Source of the DNA: a virus
Taxonomy: Duplodnaviria; Caudoviricetes
Reading direction: 5' to 3' (one strand)
Length of the DNA stretch: 64,000 nt
Virus record (IMG/VR): IMGVR_UViG_3300044557_000281
Location: 26,156-90,155 of that record
Of this stretch, positions 48,009 through 58,830 are shown piece after piece; within the stretch, counting starts at the first letter, position 1; every line of letters begins with the position of its first letter. The notes beneath the pieces were generated by a model, which saw only the letters and a program-made list of their open reading frames with translations, was not told where the DNA came from and did no database searches. A program made the translations under genes and the position numbers.

Positions 48009-48766
48009 TATTTACCCGCCTTTTTTACTCTATGGTATTTATCATCACTGGCTAATCGAGTGAGTTCTACTTTTTCTTTCTCGGTGTCCGCTACTAAATA
48101 AATGTTCATTCCCCAGATAGATAATGAGACTTGGACTATTTTAAACCATTCAAACTTAAATTTCGTTTTCAAGGCATAATACTCTCCCACTTTATGGTAA
48201 TACTTATAGTTTTCGTCTCTCATTTCTGATTTATGCAACATTGGGAAGCTGAATTGTACTTTATCGACAGAAGCTTTTAGGTCATGCAGACTGAATAATA
48301 TATCATATGGGTTCACGTCTGGTAGTACGACTGGTACGTCTACTACTGTAGGGCAAGCCGTAAAGGTTAATTCTACATTTTTAAGCATTTCTTCTGGGTA
48401 CGTTGGTTGTAACCCATAAATGACTTGGCTATTCAATCGTTTCCCTACGTGTTTCACAATATAATACGGAACTGGTGTATTAGTATAGAACGATACTTTT
48501 CCTCCATAACGGTACAACTTATTGATTAAAGTATCGTTATTGTACACTTCGTTAAATAACATATAGTGTGTTTTATTACGTGCTAGTAAAGTGAGTTTAG
48601 CTTGTTCTGCTAACTCGTCCATTTCTGCTTCTATCTCTTTCTCATTCAACCGTGTCACTTTCACAAAGTTATTTATGTCAGCTAAGGTTGTGACTTTAAA
48701 GTTATAATAGCGGTCTGAATTGTATAAGTTTAACCGCTTTTGTCTTGTTTGTTTAGGCAATGCCAT
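48008..48766 (-). CDS. Conserved hypothetical protein
   Basis: 252 aa, coupled to the HU-like gene. Confidence 0.8.
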   Translation of the reverse strand: MALPKQTRQKRLNLYNSDRYYNFKVTTLADINNFVKVTRLNEKEIEAEMDELAEQAKLTLLARNKTHYMLFNEVYNNDTLINKLYRYGGKVSFYTNTPVPYYIVKHVGKRLNSQVIYGLQPTYPEEMLKNVELTFTACPTVVDVPVVLPDVNPYDILFSLHDLKASVDKVQFSFPMLHKSEMRDENYKYYHKVGEYYALKTKFKFEWFKIVQVSLSIWGMNIYLVADTEKEKVELTRLASDDKYHRVKKAGK

Positions 48767-48863
48767 AATGTTGTTTCCTCTCGTGTCATGTATTAGTCTT
48801 ATACTCTAATTATAACACATAAGTAAAAAAGACCGCACTAGGTAGTGAGGTCTCGATTACTGG

Positions 48864-49403
48864 CTATTCAGCTTGTGTTACTTCATAAGAAGCAATTGCT
48901 TTTACTAACATAGCATATGCCCAGCCTAATTGCTCATATTGGGTTAGCACTGGGCTGTTCATAGTTAAGATATAATACGTGTCTACCATATGGCAGAAAC
49001 AAGTATGTGGAAGTTCCCCTACTGTATCTTGCTCAAAGGATAAATCCTCTAGGTCACTGAATACCTGCAAGGCTAACCCTTTTTCAGTGTAAATACCACC
49101 CCAAAGGTGCCCGTTGTCTTCTACCATAGTTTCAGCCACCACATCACCAATGAATCCGGCAAAGTTTGGGTCTGGTAAATCAATCACACGTTTTAAATAA
49201 AACTGTGCTTTCTTCAAATCTTCTAATCCATTTTTGAATGGGCTTCTCAACAAATACTTAATCACGTTTCCCAAGAAGAAACATTGTCCTTCACTTAACT
49301 CGTAAGCTTCACCTTTTGCGTGTAAAACATCTTCGATAGCGTCAATCACTTCTACACTATAAGAATTATAATGTTTTGGGCGCGTTACTGCATTGTATTC
49401 CAA
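48864..49403 (-). CDS. DUF3310-like protein
   Basis: V..P.HY...EVID, GNVIKYL.R...KNG.EDL.KA.FYL. Confidence 0.85.
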   Translation of the reverse strand: MEYNAVTRPKHYNSYSVEVIDAIEDVLHAKGEAYELSEGQCFFLGNVIKYLLRSPFKNGLEDLKKAQFYLKRVIDLPDPNFAGFIGDVVAETMVEDNGHLWGGIYTEKGLALQVFSDLEDLSFEQDTVGELPHTCFCHMVDTYYILTMNSPVLTQYEQLGWAYAMLVKAIASYEVTQAE

Positions 49404-49426
49404 ATTAAAAAACTCCTTTATTTCTA

Positions 49427-50080
49427 TTATAACCCACTTAGTAGATTGTCAATACTGTGTGAGTAATCCTCTTCTGCGATATGGTCTTCTTCTACATAAT
49501 CAGCACTAATACGGGAATCTTTTACCCAATCTTTCCAATCCTTATGAACACTAATACTTACAAAAGTTTCTTTTGGTGTTTCTACCATAGCCTCCTGTGT
49601 AAGGATAAGCACTAGGTACCGGTTTAAACGTCCCAGATTATCCTTGTACTCAATTTGAGTGGTCATGTAAGGGATTAGCTTCGTATTGCTCTTAGACACG
49701 TAACGCTCCAATTTAGAGCTATAAGGTAATGCTACAAATGTTTTAGACCGGTTACGCTTAAAGATAAGCATTGGTACCTTATCGACCGATAGGGCGTCAC
49801 TCACACACTGTGACCACCAATGCTTAATATCTCCAGTATTCATCATAGCGTTTTCCAATGTCCATTCTGAATTGTGGTGCTTACATTCGATAGAATAAGG
49901 ACAATTGGCTTCTGGTGGTGTTACAATATCACCGGCTACGTTATTGGACTTACTCCAATGTAATGAGCCACTACCGGGGGTTCTATGGAAAGGAAATCCC
50001 CACCATGCCCCTAGTATTTTAGCTGTATCTCGCTCAAACTTAGCCCCAGCATTTTTAGCCCCTGAACCTTGTCCAGCCAT
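49427..50080 (-). CDS. Holliday junction resolvase-like nuclease
   Basis: KGA.FER..AK.L, RTPGSG, GDI, SIECK. Confidence 0.85.
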   Translation of the reverse strand: MAGQGSGAKNAGAKFERDTAKILGAWWGFPFHRTPGSGSLHWSKSNNVAGDIVTPPEANCPYSIECKHHNSEWTLENAMMNTGDIKHWWSQCVSDALSVDKVPMLIFKRNRSKTFVALPYSSKLERYVSKSNTKLIPYMTTQIEYKDNLGRLNRYLVLILTQEAMVETPKETFVSISVHKDWKDWVKDSRISADYVEEDHIAEEDYSHSIDNLLSGL

Positions 50081-50092
50081 TACTACACTTCC

Positions 50093-50605
50093 TTAATCAA
50101 AGTTTACTTGTTCATATTCATTAATAGCAGACTTTGCATTTTTAAGATAATCATCTGCTTTTGCTCGTTCCGCTAACTCATGAGTGTACATACGTAAGAT
50201 AGTGTCGATTTCGTTTTCATCTACTGGTGTAATAGAATCTTTTTCAATGCCTTTACAAGCAATTGAAATAACACTCATATCGTCATAGGTTACTGGTAGA
50301 ATAGTGAAATCATCTTTCTCAATGTCTAAGACAATATCTTGTCCCACGTTTCCTTTTTCAATATTTAATACAGGAAGGTCTACGCCTGTATCAATTAAGA
50401 TATTGCCATCAGCTGTTAGAGTTGCTTTATTCCAGTAAAACAAGCTCCCGTCATTAGAAATAACGATTGAATCGGCAAACATTTCATTGTAAGCGTCAAT
50501 CAGTTTAGTTACGATAGTTTGTGTTGTAATTGGTTTACGGTTAGAGACTAAATCACGTACTTTATCATTTGCTTTACTCATGGTTGTTTTCCTCCTGTAC
50601 AGCAC
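50093..50605 (-). CDS. Hypothetical protein
   Basis: ORF in an operon run; start may be MSKAN. Confidence 0.75.
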   Translation of the reverse strand: MLYRRKTTMSKANDKVRDLVSNRKPITTQTIVTKLIDAYNEMFADSIVISNDGSLFYWNKATLTADGNILIDTGVDLPVLNIEKGNVGQDIVLDIEKDDFTILPVTYDDMSVISIACKGIEKDSITPVDENEIDTILRMYTHELAERAKADDYLKNAKSAINEYEQVNFD

Positions 50606-50924
50606 CTAAGATAGTATTATATTTTTCCATAGCATTTGTTAAGTCTTCATTGGTTAACAAGTCTGCGTCTGTTAATGCTAATTGGGTAGCGGTAATTTGC
50701 TCAATCAATTTGCCAACCATTGCTAAATATTCTTTGGTTTTTAATTCCATCATCTTATCGGCAATGGCGGTCGCTGTCCCTAAGTCAATCGTGCGTTTAG
50801 ACAATTCAGCTAAAATTGCACGGTCACTTTCTTTTTCTACTGTACCTTTTACTACATATGTTACCCATAAAGCTAATTCTTCTGTGCTTAACAATTCTTT
50901 ACTTAGTTTCTTCGTCATTTGCAT
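50574..50924 (-). CDS. Hypothetical protein
   Basis: 116 aa, coupled. Confidence 0.7.
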   Translation of the reverse strand: MQMTKKLSKELLSTEELALWVTYVVKGTVEKESDRAILAELSKRTIDLGTATAIADKMMELKTKEYLAMVGKLIEQITATQLALTDADLLTNEDLTNAMEKYNTILGAVQEENNHE

Positions 50925-51189
50925 TCACTCCATTAATTAAATTATCCATATATTCTAAAGTTTGGTTCACTTGGAACACAAAATCTAGCATAAATAAGGC
51001 TAGTTCTTTATAAGTTACTACTTGGTCGCCTTGTTTAGCTAGAAGTGCGTTTAAACGCTCTGTAAGCTCGTCTAAGGGCTTTTCATCATCAGTGGTTAAC
51101 AGCATAGCTTCTGCTATAAAATCGCTTAGAGATAGCTTTTTATCGTCCTGCGCACTATTCTCTATGTTATACCAGTCTTTGATATTCAT
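50899..51189 (-). CDS. Hypothetical protein
   Basis: 96 aa, coupled to dUTPase. Confidence 0.7.
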   Translation of the reverse strand: MNIKDWYNIENSAQDDKKLSLSDFIAEAMLLTTDDEKPLDELTERLNALLAKQGDQVVTYKELALFMLDFVFQVNQTLEYMDNLINGVNANDEETK

Positions 51190-51854
51190 TATGCTACACC
51201 ACTACTACCAAATCCGCCAGTTCCACGATTAGAGTCTGACAGCTCGTCTACTTGATTAAAGGAAATGTTTTCTTTTGGTAGAATGTACATTTGCATTAAG
51301 CGTGTACCTTTAGGAATTAAGATAGACCCTTCAAGGAAGAAACCACGTTTTAATCCAGCCAACTGGTTGCTCACTGCTTTTGTACCCATCATTTCATCTG
51401 TCATACGAGTAGTCCAGTCTTTTTCAATGTTCGTGTAGTAGTCAACACAAGCGTCTGGGTATTGGTCACTCAATTGTTTTTTGCCAATCTTAGTGATATT
51501 TCCATCTACACCAATTTTAAGAATGTAGCCGGCTAGTAGGCTTGTAATAGGGGTTAAGGTATTCTTTAAAGGAATTCCAAGCACTCCACGGTAGTTTCCT
51601 TCGATAATGCCTGTGCTATTAGCTAAGGCTAGTGGGTATTTATAAATACTAGACCGTGGGCTGATAAACAAGCCATGTGTGGTAGAATCAAACTCCGTAT
51701 GAATATTAGTAGGAACAATAATCCCTTTCAACATGTTAGGGGCAATGATAACGTCCTTTGCTGTGTATAGGTCGACTGCTACGTCCCCTTCGTGTGCTTG
51801 TTTAGGTAGCACGCCACCCTCATCTAATTTTACTTTTACTTCAAATGTTTGCAT
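51189..51854 (-). CDS. dut: Trimeric dUTPase
   Basis: AVDL, PRSS, GIIEGNYRG, RGTGGFGSSG. Confidence 0.93.
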   Translation of the reverse strand: MQTFEVKVKLDEGGVLPKQAHEGDVAVDLYTAKDVIIAPNMLKGIIVPTNIHTEFDSTTHGLFISPRSSIYKYPLALANSTGIIEGNYRGVLGIPLKNTLTPITSLLAGYILKIGVDGNITKIGKKQLSDQYPDACVDYYTNIEKDWTTRMTDEMMGTKAVSNQLAGLKRGFFLEGSILIPKGTRLMQMYILPKENISFNQVDELSDSNRGTGGFGSSGVA

Positions 51855-51918
51855 GATAAACTCCTTACTTTTACTAATTCTACTGTATTATATCATAGCA
51901 TACAAAAATACACAAGAA

Positions 51919-54900
51919 CTAATTTAACAATCTAATTAGTTCTCCTGTACCATCTGCTTTCACGGAATGTTCATGAATGACTTTCCATGCTAATTCTTTC
52001 CCTAAGTCGTTAGCGTCCTTCTTATAAGGGTTAATGACCATATAGGTATTTTTATGATAGGGCTTAATCCGTTCAGCTAACCAGTAAATTTTATCTTTAG
52101 CGTCTTCATCTAGCATAATATAAATCTTCTGGTCTTCTGTTAGGTCTTCTGTAATGAGTTGTATCTGTTCATCTGTAATCTGCTTCCCAAATGTTCCTAC
52201 ACCCGATATACCTAATGTAAGTGCGTCTGGTACGCCTTCTGTAATCACAAGTTCTTTACAACGCTTTGCACGATTTAGATTAAACACCGCTGTGCCTTTT
52301 GAATACTCATGGTCTTTGGCTGGTGCATTTACCGATTTTACAAAGGAATCTCCAATTGCTCGTGTGTTCCAATAAATCACTTGCCCTAAATCATTATGAG
52401 TTAGAAACACCACATGGTTTTTTAGAGTGAGTGTTTTATGGCTAGGGGTTTCTATCTTAGAATAGGTAATGTACCCAATGTTATGGACTATGATGTCTTC
52501 TGTGGTAAACCCTCGTTTATTTAAGTATTGCAGGAACGGGATAATTTCTGGGTTCGTCCAGTTATCTGCAATCCTTTTAAATCCCGGTGGAAGTAACGGA
52601 CAAGTGAGTTGCTCGTGTACTGCTTCAGTGACTTTCTTTATATCGTTCATATGAGAAATCAGCATGAGTAGCTGTTCTTCTGGACTTAATGACGTATCGA
52701 CTTTATCCTGACACTCCACACGACTAAAGTCGTGGGGTTCTTAGGTAATACATCCTAACGGACGTAAATTTACTAAGCTATCCCCGAAAGTCCTTCGGTT
52801 TTAATATTTATGCTTGCATTAATATCTCTATCATGAGTTGTTCCACAATTTGAACATATCCATTCACGAATATTTAGTTCTTTTTTACCGTCATTATGAC
52901 CGCAAACAGAACAGATTTGTGAACTAGGATAGAATCGGTCTACTTTAACTAAAGTGCGACCTTTCCATGCACATTTATAGCCCAGTTGTCGAACGAATTC
53001 ACTCCAAGATACATCTGCTATTGACTTCGCTAATTTATGATTTTTAACCAACCCTTTTACATTCAAATCTTCAATACAAATGATTTGGTTCTCATCAGTA
53101 AGTCGTGAAGATAGTTTATGTAAAAAATCAGTACGTTGGTTTGAAATTTTCTCATGGATACGCGCAACTTTAACTTTCTGTTTTTGATAGTTGCGACACT
53201 CATCTAATTTTCGATTGTGTTTTTTCGCAACTTCCAAACGCTTGGAAAGTTTTCGTTGTTCGCGTATTAACCGTTGTTCAAGAGAGCGATAGAATCGGTT
53301 ATTATCGATCTTTTCTCCTGCGGATGTGATACAGAAATGAGTTAAGCCTAAATCTAATCCAATGTTATTTGCTACGGGTTCTTCTATGAAATTTTCAGTA
53401 TCAACTAAAAACGTTGCAAAATATTTCCCTGATTTGCTTTGACTAATCGTTACGTTCATTAGTTTTCCTTTAAAACGCAATTCTTCTGCCATTTTGACCC
53501 AACCGACTTTCGAAACATAGAAGTATCGACCATTGACTTTCATGCCTACGGCAGTTCGATAGGATTTCTTCGAGTGTTTTTTACTCTTAAATTTAGGAAA
53601 GCCAAAATTAGATTTGAATGTATTCTTATATGCCTTGTTTAAATCCATATTCACTTGACTAAGAGGTTGTGCTTCAACTTCTTTTAGCCAAGAAAACTCT
53701 TCTTGCTTCTTAAGTCCAGCATAGGTTAGTTTATTTTCAATATATTCAGGATTTTCTTTTTTCATCTTATAATTCGTAATTCTCTGGTCTAGTAAAAAAT
53801 TCCAGTAGAATCGAACGCAACCAAAGGTTTTTTGAAATTGAATTTCCTGTCTTGAATTCGGATAGATTCTAATTTTATGAGCTTTTTTCATTTCTGTACA
53901 CCTCCTTAACGTAAACTCAGTATCTTGTTCTTTGATTTTCTACATATTGTTTTATAGTTTCGCTAGAAACGTTTCCTGCTGTTGAAACAAAGTAAGACCG
54001 TGTCCAAACACTTGGCATTTTGCTCAAGTGCTCAAACGATTGTCGTAACTCTCTTGATGTTTTTCCTTTAATCACCTTCATGACATCTGCCGGCGAATAG
54101 ATTGGTTGAACATTTACAAAAAGATGACAATGGTCTTTATCTGTTTCTATTGCAATGATTTCCCATTCATTTTCTTTACAGATTGAATGGACAAGAGTCT
54201 TAAAACTAGCGTCTACTTCGGAATTGACAAATATTTTCCGACGATATCTAGGACAAAAAACAAAATGATAGTTGAGTAACGATACAGTTGTCTTAGTATG
54301 TCTGTACTCGTTATCCATGAGTTAATTATACATTAATTAGTGTACGAAGTAAATATTTTTATACACAAATAGTAAAACTTTTTTGACTTTATCGTGTGGA
54401 GTTTGTTCACATAGGTTCGCTATTTCCTATGCAGTTCTCTTATGAACTTCTTACGCTTTCACGCAAGCACAGACTATATCTTATCCGTTGGCTTTACCCA
54501 GTACGGCGAAACCACTTCGAGTCGCTTGACCCTACTTCCCTCAAGAGGAATAGTCGTTGAACCTTCCTATTTCTAAGCTTGGCTGCTGATTTCCGATTGT
54601 GTAACACTTAGGATTTAACCTTATGCCATCTGATTGATTTATTCTGCTTTCGCCACCGTCACGCTTGAGTTTGGTTATCTCTACGTTGTGGTTCAACCAG
54701 CTTTACGGATTTCCAGCAATTCAGTTTCTTCATTGGGCAATATGAGTTTTTGTATTGCCTCTAAATGCAAGTTTCCCTACATTCTTACAGTACGTCTACG
54801 GGCTATCATCCACACGGTTAAAACCGTGGGTTTTCTCGCCCGCAAATTCTATAAATGGAATCATCTATGGAATAATCGTAAACGGCTAAAATGTCTTTAG

Positions 54901-55120
54901 CTTGGTTAAAACCTACTCCTAAGAATTTCATTACAAAGGAAATAGGGTTGCCTTTCATACCACACTTAAAGCATATCCACAAGCCATCTTTATCACTGCC
55001 GTTATTTTTTACATAAAATTTATAATCGGTATTAGAGCCGCAGAAAGGGCAACAGTATCTCAACTCGTGCCCTATATCTTTTGGCATACCTAAATGTTCT
55101 GTTAAGTAATCACTAAACAA
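51919..55120 (-). CDS. DNA primase; exons 55120-54851 and 52707-51919 (352 aa spliced)
   Basis: CPFC...CFKC zinc finger; [14 protein letters not shown] and LDED; in-frame join DSIY|DKVD. Confidence 0.93.
52773..53891 (-). CDS. tnpB: RNA-guided endonuclease TnpB
   Basis: IGLDLG, ICIEDL, zinc finger, HDRDINAS. Confidence 0.97.
   Translation of the reverse strand: MKKAHKIRIYPNSRQEIQFQKTFGCVRFYWNFLLDQRITNYKMKKENPEYIENKLTYAGLKKQEEFSWLKEVEAQPLSQVNMDLNKAYKNTFKSNFGFPKFKSKKHSKKSYRTAVGMKVNGRYFYVSKVGWVKMAEELRFKGKLMNVTISQSKSGKYFATFLVDTENFIEEPVANNIGLDLGLTHFCITSAGEKIDNNRFYRSLEQRLIREQRKLSKRLEVAKKHNRKLDECRNYQKQKVKVARIHEKISNQRTDFLHKLSSRLTDENQIICIEDLNVKGLVKNHKLAKSIADVSWSEFVRQLGYKCAWKGRTLVKVDRFYPSSQICSVCGHNDGKKELNIREWICSNCGTTHDRDINASINIKTEGLSGIA
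53917..54318 (-). CDS. tnpA: IS200/IS605 Y1 transposase
   Basis: [30 protein letters not shown]. Confidence 0.97.
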   Translation of the reverse strand: MDNEYRHTKTTVSLLNYHFVFCPRYRRKIFVNSEVDASFKTLVHSICKENEWEIIAIETDKDHCHLFVNVQPIYSPADVMKVIKGKTSRELRQSFEHLSKMPSVWTRSYFVSTAGNVSSETIKQYVENQRTRY

Positions 55121-55126
55121 GTGAAC

Positions 55127-55735
55127 TCACCCTTCCAAAAACAATTTACGTTTAATGCTAAGGAATGTATATAGCTCCCCGATTGCTCGGTACATATTGT
55201 CTTCCCCTTCTGTACACTGGGCGTAAGCTCGGTGTAATTGTGAATCTTTTGTTAAGGAACCGAACCAACCTAACTCCCTTAGTTTTAAGCTTTTCATGTA
55301 ACGGTCTACTACAATCGAATTTAAGCCGTCTAGTTGCTCACCTAAGAGCTTGTAGTTATTGGCAATCTCATTAGCTGTAATCGTTCCTAAAACGCTGTGT
55401 AGCCCCAAATCATTAGCTAATTTAAGTATTCCTCTGTTTTGAGTGGCTACTTCTTTAATGTACATGACTTTTGTAGTGGTGCTTGCGTGGTGAGAGATAG
55501 CACGGTCTGTGGCATTATCTATGCCATAAGAAGGTTTCTCCTTAATCGTTACTGTACAAGGGGCAATGTAGACCCGTTCTCTTGATTTATTGTAGTTCAC
55601 TTTATAACGTCCATCTAGTGGGTACCAATTGTATATGTTGTCCTTTACAAAAACCAATTCATTTGCTACTTCTTGTTTTGTAAAGAATTGTATTAGACCT
55701 CTGCCGCCTAATACTTTTAATTTTGTGTTACTCAT
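55127..55735 (-). CDS. Conserved hypothetical protein
   Basis: 202 aa between SbcC and primase. Confidence 0.75.
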   Translation of the reverse strand: MSNTKLKVLGGRGLIQFFTKQEVANELVFVKDNIYNWYPLDGRYKVNYNKSRERVYIAPCTVTIKEKPSYGIDNATDRAISHHASTTTKVMYIKEVATQNRGILKLANDLGLHSVLGTITANEIANNYKLLGEQLDGLNSIVVDRYMKSLKLRELGWFGSLTKDSQLHRAYAQCTEGEDNMYRAIGELYTFLSIKRKLFLEG

Positions 55736-57680
55736 TTATTCCACCTATCACTTTAGAGATACCATCTGTCTTTTCAACCGTAATCACATTTTCAAACAAT
55801 GATTTTAAATGCTCATTATGGGTAATTACAAAGATAGTTCCTATTTCTTTTTGTTTTTCTTTTAATAATGCAATAACATTCTCACAGCCTACTGCGTCCA
55901 ATCCATCAAAACACTCATCATACAATGCAATGTTTGTTTTCAAATCTGATTTACTCATAACTAAATCCTGAATGGCTAAGGCAATGGCTAGGTCAATCCG
56001 TTTCTTCTCTCCTGCGGAATTGGTACTGTAATCAGAACCACCACTAGCATTCGTTACACTTACATCAAACTTATCAGAATAAATACCATCTGCTTTTTTA
56101 GTTTGTGTTGAGAATGTTAAACTAATGTCGGAACCGGCTAACGAAGCTAAGTATTTATTGGCTTGTTCATTTAAGAATGGGGTCACAAGGTCTAAGACTA
56201 CCGAACGGATTCCTTTATTAGAAAACACGTCATTGGCTAGTTTACGATATGCTTCTGCGTTATAGTTAGCAGTAGTTTTTTCTACAATTAACTCTTCTTG
56301 TTCTTTATCCAGTTTAGCTAGTTCTTTTTCATAAGTAACCACCTCTGGTAATTGGGTTTCAGCAATTGTATCGGTAAGCGTTTTAATCTCTGCATTAATA
56401 GAAGCTAAACTACTATTGCTTTCACGTAAAGCTAAATCATTTTTAGCTTGATTGACTTGATTAAACACGTTACTTACTTCTCGTTCCTTTGCCCGATACT
56501 CTTTAGCCGATTCATTTAATTGGGCTTGCTTTAGTGTCACTTCTTTTTTAATTTCAGTAACTTTATCTTCTAAATCAGCAACTACACCTCGTACCGGTGA
56601 GATGGCAGTATTAATTGAATTGATTAATCCAGTTAAGCGTTCGGCTTCTTTTACTTTATGGGTGTTATCAATTGGTGCCCCACAGTAAGAACAAGTAGAA
56701 GCAGTATCTAAATCACTCATTTGTTTTTGGTACGATTGCACCTCTGCTACTTTTACATTATAAGCAGTAGTTAAGCTTTGAATATCCCCTTGTAACTTAT
56801 CAATTTCAGCGTCTTCTTTGCTGGTGTCTAGTAAAGTATCTGGTTCAGCCATAACAGTAAACACCTCTTCTAAGGCATTAAACGTGTTAGTAACCGTTTC
56901 TAATACTTGTGTGGATTCTGCTATACCTTCTTCTTGCTCTGCGGCTATTTTATTCGCTTGCTCTTTAGCTTGTTGTAATCGCACTTCTTGTTTTTCCTTA
57001 TTGGCTTTTGCTTGTTCATAGAAGCCCTTACTCTGTTCCGCTAAGTTCACATAATTTGTGCGGTCATTTGTTAACTCAACTTCTTTTCTAGCAAGGTCTG
57101 CCACTACGTTTTCAGAAGCTACCGCCTTTTCTTTTGCCACGTCTTGGGCTTTTTGGTAGATTGCAATATTGGTTACATTTTCCAATATCTCTTTCTTGCC
57201 TTTGTCGGTAGCTTGTGAGAATATTTCTACATCACCTTGTCCGTACATAACAGAATTAAGATAAGTTTTAAAATCAATCCCGAATAGCTTCCCAATTTTA
57301 GTATTGGTGTCTCCTACAGACTTTTGTGTTAAATCAATGTCTGCTTGGTGTAACTTCACTGTGTTTTTAAACTTACTATGTTTCCGGTATCGGTCAATTG
57401 TATAAGGGGTACCATCAACTTCAAAGTCCAATTGTACGTGTGTATTTTTACCGATTTTATTGTTTACTAATTTATCGCCTTTAGCTCCTGTAGCAGTTGT
57501 ATCATACAGTGCCCAAGTAATAGCGTCTAATAACGTGCTTTTAGCCGAACCATTACTAGCAAAACTGGCATTGGTATGATTAATACCCTCAATCAAGACT
57601 AACCCTCTATTATCTAAATCTAAAGTAGCTTCTCCGATTGCTTTAAAGTTTGTAATGGTTACTTTTTTAAATAGAAACAT
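55728..57680 (-). CDS. sbcC: SbcC/Rad50-like ATPase
   Basis: NGSAKST, CSYC hook, SAGEKKR, LYDECFDGLD, ITH. Confidence 0.93.
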   Translation of the reverse strand: MFLFKKVTITNFKAIGEATLDLDNRGLVLIEGINHTNASFASNGSAKSTLLDAITWALYDTTATGAKGDKLVNNKIGKNTHVQLDFEVDGTPYTIDRYRKHSKFKNTVKLHQADIDLTQKSVGDTNTKIGKLFGIDFKTYLNSVMYGQGDVEIFSQATDKGKKEILENVTNIAIYQKAQDVAKEKAVASENVVADLARKEVELTNDRTNYVNLAEQSKGFYEQAKANKEKQEVRLQQAKEQANKIAAEQEEGIAESTQVLETVTNTFNALEEVFTVMAEPDTLLDTSKEDAEIDKLQGDIQSLTTAYNVKVAEVQSYQKQMSDLDTASTCSYCGAPIDNTHKVKEAERLTGLINSINTAISPVRGVVADLEDKVTEIKKEVTLKQAQLNESAKEYRAKEREVSNVFNQVNQAKNDLALRESNSSLASINAEIKTLTDTIAETQLPEVVTYEKELAKLDKEQEELIVEKTTANYNAEAYRKLANDVFSNKGIRSVVLDLVTPFLNEQANKYLASLAGSDISLTFSTQTKKADGIYSDKFDVSVTNASGGSDYSTNSAGEKKRIDLAIALAIQDLVMSKSDLKTNIALYDECFDGLDAVGCENVIALLKEKQKEIGTIFVITHNEHLKSLFENVITVEKTDGISKVIGGINE

Positions 57681-57759
57681 CTTGCACCTTCTTTACTTAA
57701 TTTATACATTTAGTTTAACATTTTTTCAACTATTTGTCAATAACACAAAAAGCTATAGA

Positions 57760-58830
57760 TTACTCTATAGCTAAGGCTTCTTGTAGGCATTCTAACGCTT
57801 TATCTGTGAGATAGGGGCATTCTTCTTCTGTATACTTTTTAACAACGGTATGAGGGGAAGAACTAGCGTCTATATCTATTCTAGTATCGACTTCATAAGA
57901 CTTCTGAACAACTAATCTGATATTATCTAATTGGTTTGCTTCTTTTAGCTCTGCTACCACGCTTAGTTCTTCTGGTGTTCCTTGGAAGCGAATATAGTTA
58001 TTTTTTAGTACCTCATCTTCTGGTACATGGTTTACATCCACTGTAATAAATTGCTTTTGTGGGATTGCTTCAAAAGAAATATTTCCTTTTTTATCAATCA
58101 ATGAATAACCTTTTTCCATGCCCTCATCATTAAAGGTTGTGGCAATCGCAGACCCCACATAATGTACATGAGCCAGTCCACCAAGAGTTTGTCTATTGTG
58201 GTAATGACCTAAAATGACGGCTTTATATGCGTCTGGTTGTAAGTCCCCTACAGAAAACTCTCCACCTAATGAGTGAGAATATCGTCCAGTCTGTGAACCA
58301 TCTACACCAATATGAGCAATTAGATATTTAGTAGTGCCTTTTACTTTACTGGCTTTGACTAAAAACTCTTTCATGGTGTCAATTTCTTCCCCGTAAGGTA
58401 AGCAAACAAATGTTCCTAAATCTGATTGCAATACTTCTGGCTTCGTCACTACATAACAGTTTGGTAACTCACTAAATGGGTCTAGTGTGGACACCGTGTC
58501 TAATGAATTTGTAACCGAATCATGGTTTCCTCGTACCAATAGTGTAGGGACATCTTCATACTGTGCTATAACAGAAAAGATATGCGTAAACACTCGTGTG
58601 TCTAATAATGACCGTTTATGAAATAAATCACCGGCAAAAGTCACCATGTAATTTAATTCTCTTGCTTTATCATACATTAATTTTAAAGCGTCTACTTGGG
58701 CTTTAAATCGGTCTGTGGTGTACACTGGGTCTGGTTTAGCAAAGTCTTGGTATACATGGGCGTGGAAGTCAGCAAATGCCAGCTGTCCGTCCTTATGGTT
58801 AAAAACCTCTGGTAACTTTTGTACTTTCAT
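57760..58830 (-). CDS. sbcD: SbcD/Mre11-like nuclease
   Basis: ADFH, GDLFH, GNHD, LGHYH, YVGS. Confidence 0.93.
   Translation of the reverse strand: MKVQKLPEVFNHKDGQLAFADFHAHVYQDFAKPDPVYTTDRFKAQVDALKLMYDKARELNYMVTFAGDLFHKRSLLDTRVFTHIFSVIAQYEDVPTLLVRGNHDSVTNSLDTVSTLDPFSELPNCYVVTKPEVLQSDLGTFVCLPYGEEIDTMKEFLVKASKVKGTTKYLIAHIGVDGSQTGRYSHSLGGEFSVGDLQPDAYKAVILGHYHNRQTLGGLAHVHYVGSAIATTFNDEGMEKGYSLIDKKGNISFEAIPQKQFITVDVNHVPEDEVLKNNYIRFQGTPEELSVVAELKEANQLDNIRLVVQKSYEVDTRIDIDASSSPHTVVKKYTEEECPYLTDKALECLQEALAIE

Larger units (their letters stand above)
52708..54850 (-). mobile_element. Intact IS605-type IStron (group I intron + tnpA + tnpB), 2143 bp
   Basis: Follows TTAT; left-end hairpin; P 54710-54721, Q 54583-54591, R 54551-54562, S 54471-54482; right-end hairpin ending TCAG. 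Confidence 0.95.

Noticed and set aside
55127-55735. Anti-sigma factor call from synteny
   Set aside because: No supporting sequence motif; left as hypothetical.
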